Of a stretch of 64,000 bases of DNA, positions 40,472 to 52,786 are shown in pieces (the first letter of the stretch is position 1; the number at the start of each line of letters is the position of its first letter). The notes beneath the pieces are model-generated. The model did no database searches, was not told where the DNA came from, and worked only from the letters and a program-made list of their open reading frames with translations. Source of the stretch: Longimicrobiales bacterium (GTDB taxonomy: Bacteria; Gemmatimonadota; Gemmatimonadetes; Longimicrobiales; Gaopeijiaceae); contig CBDCKN010000009.1 of NCBI GenBank assembly GCA_965218295.1, forward strand, positions 288,001 through 352,000, given 5' to 3'. Made by a program: the position numbers and the translations under genes.

Positions 40472-43400
40472 GTCTGCACTTCCGATCCTGGCCGCTTTTC
40501 TGCCCTGGGGTGGCGGCCTGTCAGGTGGTCCGCTTTTCAGCGGGGTCCTCTCCGCTCAGGAGTCCGGCGCCGGGACGTCACCGGCACCTGTCTCAGCCGT
40601 GCTCCCCGTGGAGACGTTTCAGCTCGACAACGGCCTCACCGTTGTCTTGAGCGAGGACCATTCGGCTCCGATTACGGCGGTGAGCGTTTGGTATCACGTG
40701 GGCGGCGCCCACGAGTTCGAGGGCTACACGGGGCTCGCCCACCTCCTGGAGCACCTCCTCGGCAGCCGGGTGCGGGCTCTGAGCGAGGCCGATGTGGAGC
40801 GGCTCGTGGAGGACGCCGGGGGTGTGGCCTCGGCGTCCACCGACGTCGATCGGACCGCCTTCGAGATGGTGGTCCCTGCTGGGGCGCTGGAGTTGGCTCT
40901 CTGGATCCAGGCGGGACGCATGGCCGACCCTGCGCTGAGCGACTCACTCGTAGGATGGCGACGGCCGCCGTAGCCACGGAGGCCCAGGCCCAGATCGACG
41001 CGCAGCCCTACGCCCGCTCGCAGATCGTGGTCGACACGCTGGTTTCCGCGTACGGGCCCTACCGCAACCCGTTGGTGGGCCGACCCAGTCTGGAGGAGGT
41101 CCATGCGTCCGTGGTCCGGCGCTTCCACGATCTCTACTACGTGCCGGCGAATGCGGTGCTGACCATCGCTGGAGACGCGTCCCGGACGCGGGTCGAGACC
41201 TTGGTGCGGCGTTACTTCGGATCGCTGGACGACCGTCCCGCCTCCCCTCGGCTGCCGTCGTTTCCCATCGTGCCGGCTGGAGCCGCGGAGAGCCGGGCCA
41301 CCGTAGAGGATCCGGTGGCGGCTGCACCCCTGCTCTGGGTCGCCTACGCGGTGCCGGAGGCTGTCGACGAGGACCTGTACGCCCTATCCCTACTCTCCTC
41401 GGTCATCAGCGCGGGGCCCAGCAGCCGTCTCAACTCCGTTCTCGTGGGCCGGACCCAGGTCGCCCGCACCGTCGTCTCGGTCCTCAACCGCCGGAAGGGG
41501 CCCGGCTCGCTCCTCCTGGGGGCGCTTCCCACGGAGGGTACTGAGCCGGAACGTCTGGAGACGGTTCTCCTCTCGGTGATCGACGTCATCCGTAAGGACG
41601 GCGTCACGGAGGCGGAGCTGGAGAAGGCCAAGAACCAGCGTCGGGCGACGGAGGTGGCGGCACGCCTCACCCTGGCCGGGCGTGCCGCGGAGCTGCAGCG
41701 TCACCAGCTTTACGGGGGACGGGCGGTCCGGGCCAACAGCGAGATGGAGCGCTACGACGCCGTCACCCCCGAGGACGTGCTTCGGGTAGCACGTCGGTAC
41801 CTGATCCCGGAGAACCGGGCCGTCGTGGTGGTTCTGCCGGGAGGGTTGGGCCTGGCGGCCTCGGCGGGACTCCTGGGGCTCGCCGCGCCCAGCGAGCTCG
41901 GTGCCGCCGAGGAGTCGGTCTCGGCCCGGCATGGGCCGCCAGAGGTCGCTCCTCCCCCGCCTCCGGCCTTTCCCGGTCTCGAGGAGCGCTCACTGTCGAA
42001 CGGGACGGGGGTTCTGATCGTGCCTGACTCCCTCCTGCCCTGGGTCGACGTGAGCCTCATGCTCCCGGGGGGCAAATCGGCGGATCCCGCCCTCGGCGCC
42101 GGCACTGCCGAGCTGGTCTCCCACCTGATCACCCGGGGCACGGATCGTCGCTCGTCCGCCGATCTGGCTGGGGCCGTGGACCGCATAGGGGCCACCCTGG
42201 CGGCGGTAGTGGGCACCGACTGGATCACCGTGTCCTTAGGTTCTCTGACGCCACACCTGGATTCCGCCTTGACCCTGATGGCCGACGTGGTCCTGCGCGC
42301 GTCCTTCCCGCAGGCGGAGGTTCAGCGACTGCGTCGACAGGGCGTCATCACCCTCGAGACCGATTGGGCGGAGCCTCAGGCCATAGCAGTACGTATGTTT
42401 CGACACGAAGTATACGTATCCCATCCGTACGGCCTGTACGAACGCCCAGAGGAGGTCCGCGACCTCTCGGCGGCCGATTTGAGGGCGTACCACCGCCGGG
42501 TCTTCAGGCCGGAGGGGGCCGTGTTCCTGGTCTCGGGCGACATAGAGTCCGACGACGTCGTGAGTCGCCTCGAGGCCCACTTCTCCGGCTGGGCCGCCGG
42601 CACGGAGACCTCCAGGGCCGAAGCGCCGCCCCGAGGGCCTGACCCACTCGGAGACCCCCCGGCCGACGGGGACCGCAGGGGCGAGAGCGTCATTGTCCAC
42701 ACTCCGGGCTCCACGCGAGCCGTCATCCGCATGGGGCATCAGCTTCCAGCCGGAGATCACCCGGATTGGGCCGGACTGTCGCTGCTGGGTCAGCTCCTGG
42801 GCGGCGGCCCCCAGGCTCGCCTCGGGCCTCGCTTGCGAGCTCACGGCTGGTCCGGAGCGGCTGTCGCGACGGTGAGCCGACGGCGGGGTCCGGGTCTTCT
42901 AGAAGTGGACCTCGACGTTCGGGTGGAAGTGGCCGACTCGGCCATCGCCGAGGTCATGGCCGCCCTCGAAGAGTTGAGGAGCGAGGCCCCCGGGCTCGAG
43001 CAAACCGAGGCGTTCAAGAGCTTCATCGCGGCCTCCCTTCCGCTCCGGCTGGCCACTGCCCGGCAAGTGGTGGGGCAGGTCGGCCGCTTTCGGCTTCTAA
43101 GGGGCGGCTCCGACGCCGCGGGAGGGAGCTCTCGCGCCCTGGAGGACTACGCGGCGGCCGTTCGTGCTCTGACGCCGGACGAGCTGCTGAGGATCGCCGG
43201 AGAGCACCTGAGGCCCGAGGACGTCACGGTCGTGGTGGTGGGAGATGCTACGCTCCTGCGCCCCAGGCTCGCCACCCTCGGGCCCGTCCGCATGGTGGAC
43301 ATGGACGGGGGCAACATCGACCTCGCTGACCTGATGCCTCCCGTCACTCCATTGACGACCGACGTCTCGTCCCTCGGGCCGGGCACGTGGACGTATCGCA

Positions 43401-44005
43401 TCACGGTGGACGGCTCGGTCATCGGTGAGATGGTCCGAACGCTGGCCCGCGACCCCGACGGCACGCCGGAGCGGTTCTCCCTCCGGTCGTCGACCACCGT
43501 GGGCCCGCAGGTCCTGGTTCAGGAGGTGACGTTCGATGGACAGGAGTTCCGTCCCCTCAGCGGAAGCTTCGAGCTGACGCAGGGGCGGCAGCGGGCCGGT
43601 GCCCGCCTCGACATCGTGGACGGACGGGTTGTGGGAGACCGAATCCTTCCCGACGGTCGCACGGAGCCCTTCGAGGCGCCCCTGGCCCCCGGCTCCCTGG
43701 TGGGGGAGATGCTTGAGGTGGCGGTCTGGCTGGCCGACCTGCAGGAGGGCCTGGAGCTCGTTCTGCCGGTCGTACAGGTGGAGTCGGGCGCCGCCGCCCA
43801 TGTGCGAGTGCGCGTGCTGGATCGGACCCGGGTGACGGTCCCTGCGAGCCGCTACGATGCGTATCGCATCGAGATCCAGGGAGCGCAGGCCACGCAGCTC
43901 GTTTACGCCCGGGTGAGAGCTCCTCACGTCATTGTCAAGCTTGAGACGTCCGGGCAGCCTTTCATCATGGAGCTCGAGTCGGAAGTGGTGGGCAGGGGTG
44001 GCTGA
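40446..44005 (+). CDS. M16 (pitrilysin-like) zinc peptidase, tandem units + C-terminal beta-rich domain, frameshift near 40953
   Basis: FQLDNGLTV, GLAHLLEHLL (HxxEH), YYVPANAVL, second unit LSNG...HPYG. Confidence 0.8.
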
Positions 44006-45007
44006 CCCCGACGTCTCGGTCCTGCTCCCGGTGCGCGACGGAGCAGCCTATCTACCCGAGTGCATCGACTCCCTGCGACCGCAGACTCTCGAGGACTTCG
44101 AGGTCCTGGCCGTGGACGACGGCTCCACGGACGAAAGCGCCGAGGTCCTCTCGCAGTGGGCACGGGAGGATCCTCGCGTCGCCGTGATCCGCCAGCCCCG
44201 CCTGGGGATCGTGGCGGCCCTGGAGGCTGGGCGGAGCCGGGTGAGGGGCCGGTTCCTGGCCCGCATGGACGCCGACGACGTCGCCGAAGCCACCCGCCTG
44301 GAGGAGCAGCGGTCCCTCTTGGAGAGCAACCCGGACCTGACGGGTTGTGGGACGAGGGTCCGCTACTTCCCCAGAACTGCGGTGCGGGAGGGAGGCACGC
44401 GCTACGAGGCGTGGCTCAACGACATCCGCACCTCCGACGACGTGGAGCGCAACCTGTTCGCGAGTGTCCCCTGGCCCACCCCACCTTCTTCCTCAGATCG
44501 TCGGCCGTGTCGAAAGTGGGGGGGTACGTCGACCGCGGGTGGCCCGAGGACTACGACCTCCTGCTGAGACTGTGGGAGTCGGGCGCGCGCTTTGGGGTTG
44601 TGGACCGGGTTCTGCTCCACTGGCGAGAGCGGGAGGACCGGGCCTCACGCCAGCATGAAGCGTATGCCCCGGAGGCCTTCCGGCGGTGCAAGGTGCACTA
44701 CCTGCTGCGCACGCTGGCCCGGGATCGAGAGGGGCTGGTGGTCTGGGGAGCCGGTCCCCTGGGGAAGGCGTTCGCGCAGGAGGTCCAGAGACAGGGCGGC
44801 AGAATACGGGCCTTCGTCGATCTCGATGACCGCAAGATCGGACAGAGCATCCACGAGGCAACAGTCATCCCCCCTTCGCGGATCAATGAACACAGGGATG
44901 GCTACTGTGTGGCCGCCGTGGGGCAGGTTGGAGCCAGGGACGAGATTCGGGAGGCGCTGAAGCGGGCGGGTTGGCGGGAGGTCGTGGATTTCATCGCCGT
45001 GGCTTGA
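43998..45007 (+). CDS. glycosyltransferase family 2, frameshift near 44460
   Basis: VSVLLPVRD, VDDGSTD, ARMDADD, then ECPLAHPT...PEDYDLLLR in the shifted frame. Confidence 0.88.
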
Positions 45008-45133
45008 GCGCGGCCACGGGTGCACTAAACGATAAGGATCCGATTCGACGTCTCAGGGGTTAGTAGTTCGTGTCGAACCGTGTCTCCTGGAGATCGGCAC
45101 CACCGATTCGGTAACACCGATAGTGTGAGAAGC

Positions 45134-47102
45134 ATGGGTGATCAGCCCTCAAAGCTAGAGTGCTTCCTGGCGGAGCTGGGACGCCGGCATGTGGTCAAGG
45201 TAGCCGTCGCTTACGCGGCCGTGGCCTTCGTCGTTCTCCAGCTCGGCGAGATCATCCTCCCGGCCTTCTCTGCGGAGTGGGCCCTCCAGTACCTCGTGGT
45301 CTTTGCGGTGCTGGGCTTCCCGCTGGTCATGGTCCTGGCGTGGGTCTTCGACATCACGCCGGAGGGCATCCGGAAGACCGACGCCATCGACGCCCTCAAG
45401 GACTACGCCCCCGGCATGTCCAGCACCGGAGTCCTGCCCCGTCTGGCTCTCCTGGCGATCACACTGCTCGCGGTGGGGGGGTTGGGTTGGTGGTGGGTCG
45501 AGAGCGCCGTCGAGCCACCGGCTGCCGTGGCGACGGTGGACGGCGGGCCAACGGTCGTTCCCGTGGCGTACGACCCCAACGATCCCATCCGCTCGCTGGC
45601 GGTGCTCCCTCTGGACAACTTCTCCGACACCGGTGAGCAGGACTACTTCGCCGCAGGGATGCACGGCGCTCATCGCTCGGTTGAGCCGGCTGCCGGCGAT
45701 CAGGGTCGTGTCGAGGACGTCGGTGGCGCGTTACTCAACCACGGCCAAGACGATACCGGAGATCGCCCAGGAGCTGGGCGTGGAAGGCATCTTGGAGGGC
45801 TCCGTGACGCGCGTCGGCGACGAGGTTCGGATCACGGTGCAGCTGATCCACGGCCCTAGTGACACCCACGTCTGGACCCAGAGCTACACCCGCGATTTCG
45901 CGGACGTCCTCACCCTCCAGGGCGAGGTGGCCGAGGCCATCGCATGGGAGATCCAGGGGGAACTGACACCCGAGGAGAGAGCGACACTGTCCTCGGCCGC
46001 TCCCGTCAGTGAGATCCCAGAGGCCAACGACGAGTTCATGAAGGCCCGCTACGCCCAGTCGAGCCAGACTCTGGAGGGGCTCCAGGCCGCCATGGGCCAC
46101 TACTGCGAGGCTCTGGAGGCCGACCCGACCTTCGCACCGGCGTATGCCGGTCTGGCCGGGACGGAGCTCATGATGGAGATGGCCGACCCCACCGACCCCG
46201 CCGCCTCGCTGGAGCGGGCATGGCTCATCGCCTTGAAGGCGCTAGAAGTGGATCCCGACTTGGCGGAGGCCCACGATATCCTGACGCTCATTGACGAGCG
46301 CCTGGGTGAGGAGATGGGAGATCCCGCCACCCGGCCGGCTCTGCCTGGGCCGGGGAGCGAGGTCCGCATCGTGCGTCGGCGAGGCGAGGGTGCCGTGGAG
46401 AGTGACGATTTCCTCATGGTCATCAAGCTCGACTCGGTGGTCACCGCGAACGTCGGCGAGTTCAGGATGGACTCCACGTGCATCCTCGAGAGCATGACTG
46501 AGGTAGGCCAGCAGCTCCAGGCGGCGTGGGCGGGATGGGCCGTCCAGAGGGCGGGGGCGATGGCGAAACAGCCGACCCGCATGATCCATGCGGCACAACG
46601 GCTGAAGGCCGCGGGACGGACGGAAGAGGCCATCGCACTCCTGCAGGAGGTCTGCGAGCTGGATCCCGAGCACCAGGAGACCTGGGAGGCGCTGGAGCTC
46701 ATCTACGCGTCCCAGGGCGATTACGAGGATCTCCTGGACATGCGACAGGTCTGGGTGGAGCATACCGGAGGAGACGCGGAGTCGGTGGCCCGGCTCGAAG
46801 AGCGGATGCTCGAGGACGGACCCGCGGGGTACTGGGAGTGGCGCCTCGAGGAGCTCCAGGGGCGCACGGCCGAAGGGCAGCCGATCTCGCCGGTCTACAT
46901 GGCGGCGGCCTACGCGGGCACGGGGGCCGATGACGAGGCCCTGGATCTTCTGGAGGACGCCTTTCGCAGGCGGGACCGTCGTCTGACGTCCCTCCGCACC
47001 GATGCGGTGTGGGATCCCCTGCGCTCCGATCCGCGCTTCGTCTCCCTCGTGAATCGCATGCGCGGGCCGGTCTCCCGCCCGACCCGGCGCCCCGGCCTCT
47101 AG
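45134..47102 (+). CDS. membrane protein with TolB-N-like domain and TPR repeats, frameshift near 45665
   Basis: ELGRRHVVKVAVAY, GFPLVMVLAWVFDITPEG, SLAVLPLDN, VVSRTS, DPLRSDPRF. Confidence 0.82.
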
Positions 47103-47213
47103 AGTCCCTCCAGCGCCCCTCCGCAGGTCGGTTTCTCGAGTTGTTGAAGAGCCTCTTTTTCGTTAGTTTTCAATGACTTAGCCCACATTACCGCGTCCCT
47201 TCGCGGAGCCTCT

Positions 47214-47501
47214 TTGAGACGCATCCTCGAAGTCGTTTCTGCAGGCCTTTTCTTGGCCGGTCTAGAGCTGGCCGTCGGAACTCTCAGCCTCACCATCACC
47301 CGCCTGAGGGAGACCTTCATCCTCGCTCGCTACGGCCAGGGGGGAATACAGGAACACGACGGGTGCCCGAAGTGTGGTTCCCGAACCAGGAGAGTGCCGC
47401 GCGAGATGCGACACCGGATCCTCGGCCGGCTGGTGGGCAAGTCGCTCTCGGCCAGGCATTGCGGGCACTGTGGCTGGAGAGGTCTCAGCTATTTGCACTG
47501 A
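47214..47501 (+). CDS. small hypothetical zinc-ribbon protein (start uncertain)
   Basis: CPKC...RHCGHCGWRG paired CxxC; hydrophobic N-terminus. Confidence 0.55.
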   Translation: MRRILEVVSAGLFLAGLELAVGTLSLTITRLRETFILARYGQGGIQEHDGCPKCGSRTRRVPREMRHRILGRLVGKSLSARHCGHCGWRGLSYLH

Positions 47502-47547
47502 CGACGTGACCAGGACGCGTCGACCCTATTTCACGAAGGCGAACTGA

Positions 47548-50043
47548 ATGGCGAACGACGAGCTCCGCCCGGGTGGAGAGAAGGTTCTAGAACGTATCCT
47601 CGAAGACGAGATGCGTGAGTCGTTCATCGACTACTCGATGAGCGTCATCGTCCAGAGGGCTCTTCCCGACATACGGGACGGATTGAAGCCGGTACACCGG
47701 CGCATCCTCTACGCCATGAGCGAGTTGGGACTCAGTCCGGGACGGGCGTACAAGAAGTCCGCCACGGTCGTCGGCGAGGTCCTGGGCAAGTACCACCCGC
47801 ACGGCGACTCGGCCGTCTACGACTCCATGGTCCGGATGGTCCAGGACTTCTCGCTGCGCTATCCCCTCGTGGACGGTCAGGGGAACTTCGGCTCCATCGA
47901 CGGAGACTCGGCGGCGGCCTACCGGTACACAGAGGCCCGCCTCATGGCCCTGGCCACGGAGCTCCTGGAGGACATCGACAAGGAGACGGTGTCGTTCTCG
48001 CCGAACTTCGACGGGCGCCTCGAGGAGCCTACGGTCCTTCCTGCCAAGGTCCCGAACCTCCTCATCAACGGTAGCTCGGGCATCGCCGTCGGGATGGCGA
48101 CGAACATCCCGCCACACAACCTGAGCGAAATCATCGCCGCCACCAGGGCGCTCATCGAAGATCCGCAGCTTCCCCAGGAGGAGCTCGAGAGGCTGGTAAC
48201 CGGCCCGGACTTCCCCACGGGCGCTTACATCTGCGGCCGACAGGGCATTGAAGACGCCTATCGGACTGGTCGCGGGCGTATCGTCATGCGCGCCCGGGCC
48301 TCCATCGAAGAGGTGGACGCGAACTCAGAGCGGATCGTGGTGACCGAGATCCCGTTCATGGTGAACAAGTCGCGGCTCATCGAGCAGATCGCTCAGCTGG
48401 TCCGGGACAAGAAGCTCACCGACATCCGCGACCTGAGGGACGAGTCCGACCGGGACGGCCTCCGGATCGTCATCGAGCTCAAGAGGGACGCCATCCCGCA
48501 GATCGTCCTGAACGGGTTATACAAGCACACCCAGATGCAGTCCACCTTCGGGACCATCCTTCTTGCTCTGGTGAACGGCGTCCCGCGCGTGCTCTCCCTC
48601 AAGGAGATGCTCCTCCACTTCATCGACCACCGCCACAACGTGGTGGTGCGGCGCACGGCCTTCGATCTGGCCCGCACGGAGGAGCGCGAGCACATCCTGG
48701 AGGGTCTCAAGATCGCCGTCGACAACATCGACGAGGTCATCAAGATCATCCGGGGATCCAGAGACGCCGAAACGGCTTCAACCCGTCTCCAGGAAACCTT
48801 CGAGCTCTCGGAGCGCCAGGCCAAGGCCATCCTCGACATGAGGCTCGCCAAGCTGACCGGCCTCGAGTTGGAGAAACTCGAGGCGGAGCTCGCCGACGTC
48901 CGCGCCACCATCGAGGGGCTGCGGACGATCCTCGGCAGCAAGGAACGCCGCATGGCGATCGTCTCCGAAGAGCTGACCGCCATGGACAAGAAGTACGGGG
49001 ACGAGCGCCGCAGCGAGATCGTGGGCGACGCGTCTTCTCTCGAAGTGGAGGATCTCATCGCCGACGAGGAGATGGTCATCACCGTCTCGCGTCAAGGCTA
49101 CGTGAAGCGGGCGGAGATCGATACCTACCGTGCCCAGCGACGTGGGGGCCGAGGGCTACAGGGCATGGGCACGAAGGAAGAGGACTGGGTGGAGCACCTC
49201 TTCGTGGCCTCCGCCCACGAGTACCTCATGATCTTCACCCGCTCGGGGCAGTGCAACTGGCTGAAGGTATGGCAGGTCCCCCCGGCGGGGCGGCATTCCA
49301 GGGGCAAGCCCATCGTCAACCTCCTGAACATCGATCCTGCCGACGAGATCGCGTCCATCGTTCCCGTCCGGGAGTTCTCCGACGACCACTACCTGCTCTT
49401 CTGCACCAAGGAGGGCAAGGTCAAGAAGACGGCTCTTTCGGCGTACGGCAACGTGCGGTTGGTGGGTCTCATCGGCATCAACATCCGGGAAGGCGACGAG
49501 CTCATCGACGTCCAGATCACCGACGGTGACAACGAGGTGATCCTCGCGACACAGAAGGGCATGGCCATCCGGTTCAACGAGCGGGATGCACGGAGCCAGG
49601 GCCGAGTGTCCGAGGGCGTTCGCGGCATCAGGCTCGGTGAGGACGACCACGTGGTCGGCATGGTCGTGGTTCGCAGAGAGGAGGCCACCCTGCTCGTGGT
49701 CTCCGAGGGCGGGATGGGCAAGCGCACAGCCATCGATGCCTACCGGCTACAGGGCCGGGGCGGCAAGGGCGTGATCAACCTCAAGACGACCGAGAAGACG
49801 GGCAAGGTCGTGGCGATCAAGTCCGTGGTGCCTCACGATCAGCTCATGGTCATCACGCGGAACGGCGTCATCAATCGCCAGCGCATCGACGAGATCCGGG
49901 TGATCGGCCGGGCGACGCAGGGAGTCCGTCTCGTGAACCTGGACGAGGGCGACGTGGTCATGGATGTGGCCCGCGTCATCCCGGAGAACGGGAACGGCGA
50001 TTCGGAGGACGGCGGAGGCGAGACGGATTCCGAAGGTGAGTGA
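47548..50043 (+). CDS. gyrA: DNA gyrase subunit A
   Basis: [26 protein letters not shown], GyrA-box QRRGGRG, C-terminal pinwheel. Confidence 0.97.
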   Translation: MANDELRPGGEKVLERILEDEMRESFIDYSMSVIVQRALPDIRDGLKPVHRRILYAMSELGLSPGRAYKKSATVVGEVLGKYHPHGDSAVYDSMVRMVQDFSLRYPLVDGQGNFGSIDGDSAAAYRYTEARLMALATELLEDIDKETVSFSPNFDGRLEEPTVLPAKVPNLLINGSSGIAVGMATNIPPHNLSEIIAATRALIEDPQLPQEELERLVTGPDFPTGAYICGRQGIEDAYRTGRGRIVMRARASIEEVDANSERIVVTEIPFMVNKSRLIEQIAQLVRDKKLTDIRDLRDESDRDGLRIVIELKRDAIPQIVLNGLYKHTQMQSTFGTILLALVNGVPRVLSLKEMLLHFIDHRHNVVVRRTAFDLARTEEREHILEGLKIAVDNIDEVIKIIRGSRDAETASTRLQETFELSERQAKAILDMRLAKLTGLELEKLEAELADVRATIEGLRTILGSKERRMAIVSEELTAMDKKYGDERRSEIVGDASSLEVEDLIADEEMVITVSRQGYVKRAEIDTYRAQRRGGRGLQGMGTKEEDWVEHLFVASAHEYLMIFTRSGQCNWLKVWQVPPAGRHSRGKPIVNLLNIDPADEIASIVPVREFSDDHYLLFCTKEGKVKKTALSAYGNVRLVGLIGINIREGDELIDVQITDGDNEVILATQKGMAIRFNERDARSQGRVSEGVRGIRLGEDDHVVGMVVVRREEATLLVVSEGGMGKRTAIDAYRLQGRGGKGVINLKTTEKTGKVVAIKSVVPHDQLMVITRNGVINRQRIDEIRVIGRATQGVRLVNLDEGDVVMDVARVIPENGNGDSEDGGGETDSEGE

Positions 50044-50066
50044 AGTCCTCGTCTAGAGGCCTCTAC

Positions 50067-50096
50067 GGCTCGCGAACTTCGGCGACGGAACACCAG
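50067..50096. repeat. right-end-only copy of the palindromic element (copy B type)
   Basis: GGCTCGCGAACTTCGGCGACGGAACACCAG vs copy B GGCTCGCGAACTTCGGAGACGGAACACTAG. Confidence 0.8.
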
Positions 50097-50782
50097 TGAT
50101 GCGACGCCTGATCCTCTTCGACATCGATGGAACCCTAGCGGAGGGCGGCCCCGCCAAGGGAGCCTTTCACGCGGCCATGATGGCCACCTTCGGCACCGCA
50201 GGCGCCATCGAGTCATACAGCTTTTCCGGAAAGACCGATCCCCAGATCGCTCGGGAGCTGCTGGTTGCCAGCGGCTTCGATGACAACGAGATCGACGCCG
50301 GATTCCCGGGCCTCTGGAAGGGGTATGCGGAGGAGCTGGAGCGCCGCATCGTCGCCAATCCCATGCGGCTTCTGCCGGGCGTCAAGAAACTCATCGAGGC
50401 CCTGGATGCGGAGGTCGAAGTGGCCTTGGGGCTGGTGACGGGCAACATCGCCCGCGGAGCTCGACTGAAGCTCGGGTCCGTGGGCTTGGACGGACGGTTC
50501 CACGTGGGCGGCTACGGATCGGATCACGAAGAGAGGGAGTACCTTCCCGGCATCGCGTTGAGCAGAGCGGCGGAGACGTGGGGGGTCAGGTTCGAGGCCG
50601 ACTGCGTGTTCGTGGTCGGCGACACGCCGCGCGACGTTCAATGCGGCAAGCATCACGGGACCAGGACCGTGGCCGTCGCCACGGGGCACTTCGACGAGCA
50701 GCAGCTGGAGGCGGCGGGCGCGGACGTGGTCTTCGAGGATTTCTCAGAGGTACCGTCGGTGTTGGAGATCCTTCTGGCCTGA
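50096..50782 (+). CDS. HAD-family hydrolase (phosphoglycolate phosphatase-like)
   Basis: LFDIDGTL, LVTGN, VGDTPRD. Confidence 0.9.
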   Translation: MMRRLILFDIDGTLAEGGPAKGAFHAAMMATFGTAGAIESYSFSGKTDPQIARELLVASGFDDNEIDAGFPGLWKGYAEELERRIVANPMRLLPGVKKLIEALDAEVEVALGLVTGNIARGARLKLGSVGLDGRFHVGGYGSDHEEREYLPGIALSRAAETWGVRFEADCVFVVGDTPRDVQCGKHHGTRTVAVATGHFDEQQLEAAGADVVFEDFSEVPSVLEILLA

Positions 50783-50892
50783 CTGTTGGCGGGCTTTCCA
50801 TTTGCCGGGGCTCCGGAGGGGGAACATCTTGTTTCGGCCTGCGTAGCGGGTTTGACGACGAGGGCCGTGCACCCGAGAAGTGGAGTTAGCTC

Positions 50893-51633
50893 GTGTCTGA
50901 ACAAAAGAGTGGGGACCTCAGGGGGTTCTACATGGTTCTTGCCACGGTCGGCATCGTCGCGGTCGGCGCTATTGGGTGGACGGTCCTACAGGGCGCTCTG
51001 AGCTCGGCCGCGACCGAGCCGATTCTCGAGATCGTGACCGGTGAGCTCACCGACGTGGCCGCGCTGGTCGACATGGCCACCGGCATCGAGCGGGGCGATC
51101 CCAACGCACCCATCACGATCATGGAGTTCGTGGACTACCAGTGCCCGGCGTGCCAGGAGTTCGCCACGCTCGTGAAGCCCCAGATGGACCTGGCGTACAT
51201 CGAGACCGGCGTGGCCCGCTTCGTCTTGCACGACTTCCCCTTGGCGATGCACCCGTATTCCTTCGTGGCGGCGAGGGCCGCCCGCTGCGCGCTCGACCAG
51301 GGCGAGGAGTTCTACTGGCCGTTCCACGACCAGCTCTTCGCGCACCAGTCCACCTGGTCCGTGAGCCAGTCTCCCCCCTTGAACGCCTACGAGACGTACG
51401 CCGTCACCATCGGGTTGGACGCCGAAGACTTCAGGGCCTGCCTCGACAGCGACCGACACGCCGACGTGGTGAGCGCGAACATGAGACTCGGGATGGAGCT
51501 GGGCGTTACGGGCACACCGACGATCTACGTGAGCAAGGGCGGCGGCATGGCGACGCGGATCAACCGCTGGGGTGAGTTCGCCGGCGTTCAAGAGGCCATC
51601 GAGCGTTTGATGAGCGAAAGCGAGGGGAATTGA
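50893..51633 (+). CDS. DsbA/BdbD family thioredoxin-fold protein
   Basis: EFVDYQCPAC, DFPL, GVTGTPT. Confidence 0.9.
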   Translation: MSEQKSGDLRGFYMVLATVGIVAVGAIGWTVLQGALSSAATEPILEIVTGELTDVAALVDMATGIERGDPNAPITIMEFVDYQCPACQEFATLVKPQMDLAYIETGVARFVLHDFPLAMHPYSFVAARAARCALDQGEEFYWPFHDQLFAHQSTWSVSQSPPLNAYETYAVTIGLDAEDFRACLDSDRHADVVSANMRLGMELGVTGTPTIYVSKGGGMATRINRWGEFAGVQEAIERLMSESEGN

Positions 51634-51836
51634 GCGCCGACGTCGCCAGGGTAAGACTTCTTTTCGTGGACGGCGGCTCCTACCACCACGAGGAGATCGA
51701 GATTCCCACCGCCACGCTCGGGCGCTACGAGCGCCTGATCGACTGCCTTCAGGAGGAGCCCGACGTTCTCAAGCAGGTCTATGTAGACGTGTCGCGCCTG
51801 TGCTCGGCACAACTGGTGGAGAGGGAAGGGGCGTAG
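51630..51836 (+). CDS. small hypothetical protein
   Basis: 68 aa ORF overlapping the dsbA stop by 4 nt; plausible composition. Confidence 0.65.
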   Translation: MSADVARVRLLFVDGGSYHHEEIEIPTATLGRYERLIDCLQEEPDVLKQVYVDVSRLCSAQLVEREGA

Positions 51837-51860
51837 TCACCCCATTACTCCGACCGGCTC

Positions 51861-52394
51861 TTAGGCGAGCCGCTCCCGGGCCCGGGCGAGGGTCCACTCA
51901 TGCACGACAGGCGGAGGCCAGAGCCCGGCTTCCGCCTGTTGCTTCAGGGCCAGGGCCTCGGCCCGCGCTCGCCGGGCGACTTCCTCCGTCACCCATCCCC
52001 GCGCCTCCGCTTCCTCGAGCTCTTTCTCGTCCAGGATCTGAACCCGGCCCGTCGGGTCCCTCCAGACGTCGAGGAAGAGGTCCGTCGTGCGCCACGTGCC
52101 GCCCTCCTCGAACGCGCACGGTGTTAGGATGTTGGCGTACGTCCCCGTGAAGGTCCCGTCGGCTCGGTGGAACAGCCCGACGTCGTGCCAGGCGCCAGGA
52201 AAGGTGAACCAGACCACCTCGGAGCCGGTCTCCAAGACGACATCGCCGTCGATTCGGATGGGCGGCTCGAAGCTCAGGTCGGTGGAGAAGGTGATCTTCA
52301 CCTCGGTGTCTTCCCAGATCAGGTGCTGAGTGAAGATCTGCTCTCGGTCGGGAGGCCTGAGGTAGTGGATGTCGATCAGCAGCGGATTGCCCAT
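51861..52394 (-). CDS. DUF402 family protein (FomD/Ntdp-like nucleotide hydrolase)
   Basis: YANILTP...TDLFLDVW...ILDEKELEEA. Confidence 0.82.
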   Translation of the reverse strand: MGNPLLIDIHYLRPPDREQIFTQHLIWEDTEVKITFSTDLSFEPPIRIDGDVVLETGSEVVWFTFPGAWHDVGLFHRADGTFTGTYANILTPCAFEEGGTWRTTDLFLDVWRDPTGRVQILDEKELEEAEARGWVTEEVARRARAEALALKQQAEAGLWPPPVVHEWTLARARERLA

Positions 52395-52398
52395 GCGC

Positions 52399-52728
52399 TC
52401 AGAGGCCGACCGCTTCGACGAAGATCTCCATGATGCCTCCGCAGACCGCGGGGCTCAGGGACAGCAGGTCTTCGGTGAGGTCGACACGGACGATGCGGGG
52501 CTCGCCGGTGCGCAGAACGTCCAGGGCGGCCTCAATGACCTCGGCCTCACCGCATCCGCCGCCCACCGTTCCCACCAGCCCGCGTTCGGGGTCCACCAGC
52601 ATCTTGGCCCCGACCTTGCGGGGCGCCGACCCTTTGGTGGCCACGATGGTGGCAAGGGCGCAGGGGCGGCCCTCACGCACCTTGTCCATCATGGTCCGGT
52701 AGAGGTTGTAATCGTCTTGTCGATTCAT
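52399..52728 (-). CDS. XdhC/CoxI family protein (single domain)
   Basis: GSAPRKVGAKM, GTVGGGCGE, CGG. Confidence 0.88.
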   Translation of the reverse strand: MNRQDDYNLYRTMMDKVREGRPCALATIVATKGSAPRKVGAKMLVDPERGLVGTVGGGCGEAEVIEAALDVLRTGEPRIVRVDLTEDLLSLSPAVCGGIMEIFVEAVGL

Positions 52729-52752
52729 CGAAAGACAGTCGGGCTCCCTAAA

Positions 52753-52786
52753 CGGTGGCTCGCGAACTTCTGTAACACCACACTAG
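52753..52786. repeat. right-end-only copy of the palindromic element (copy A type)
   Basis: CGGTGGCTCGCGAACTTCTGTAACACCACACTAG. Confidence 0.88.
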
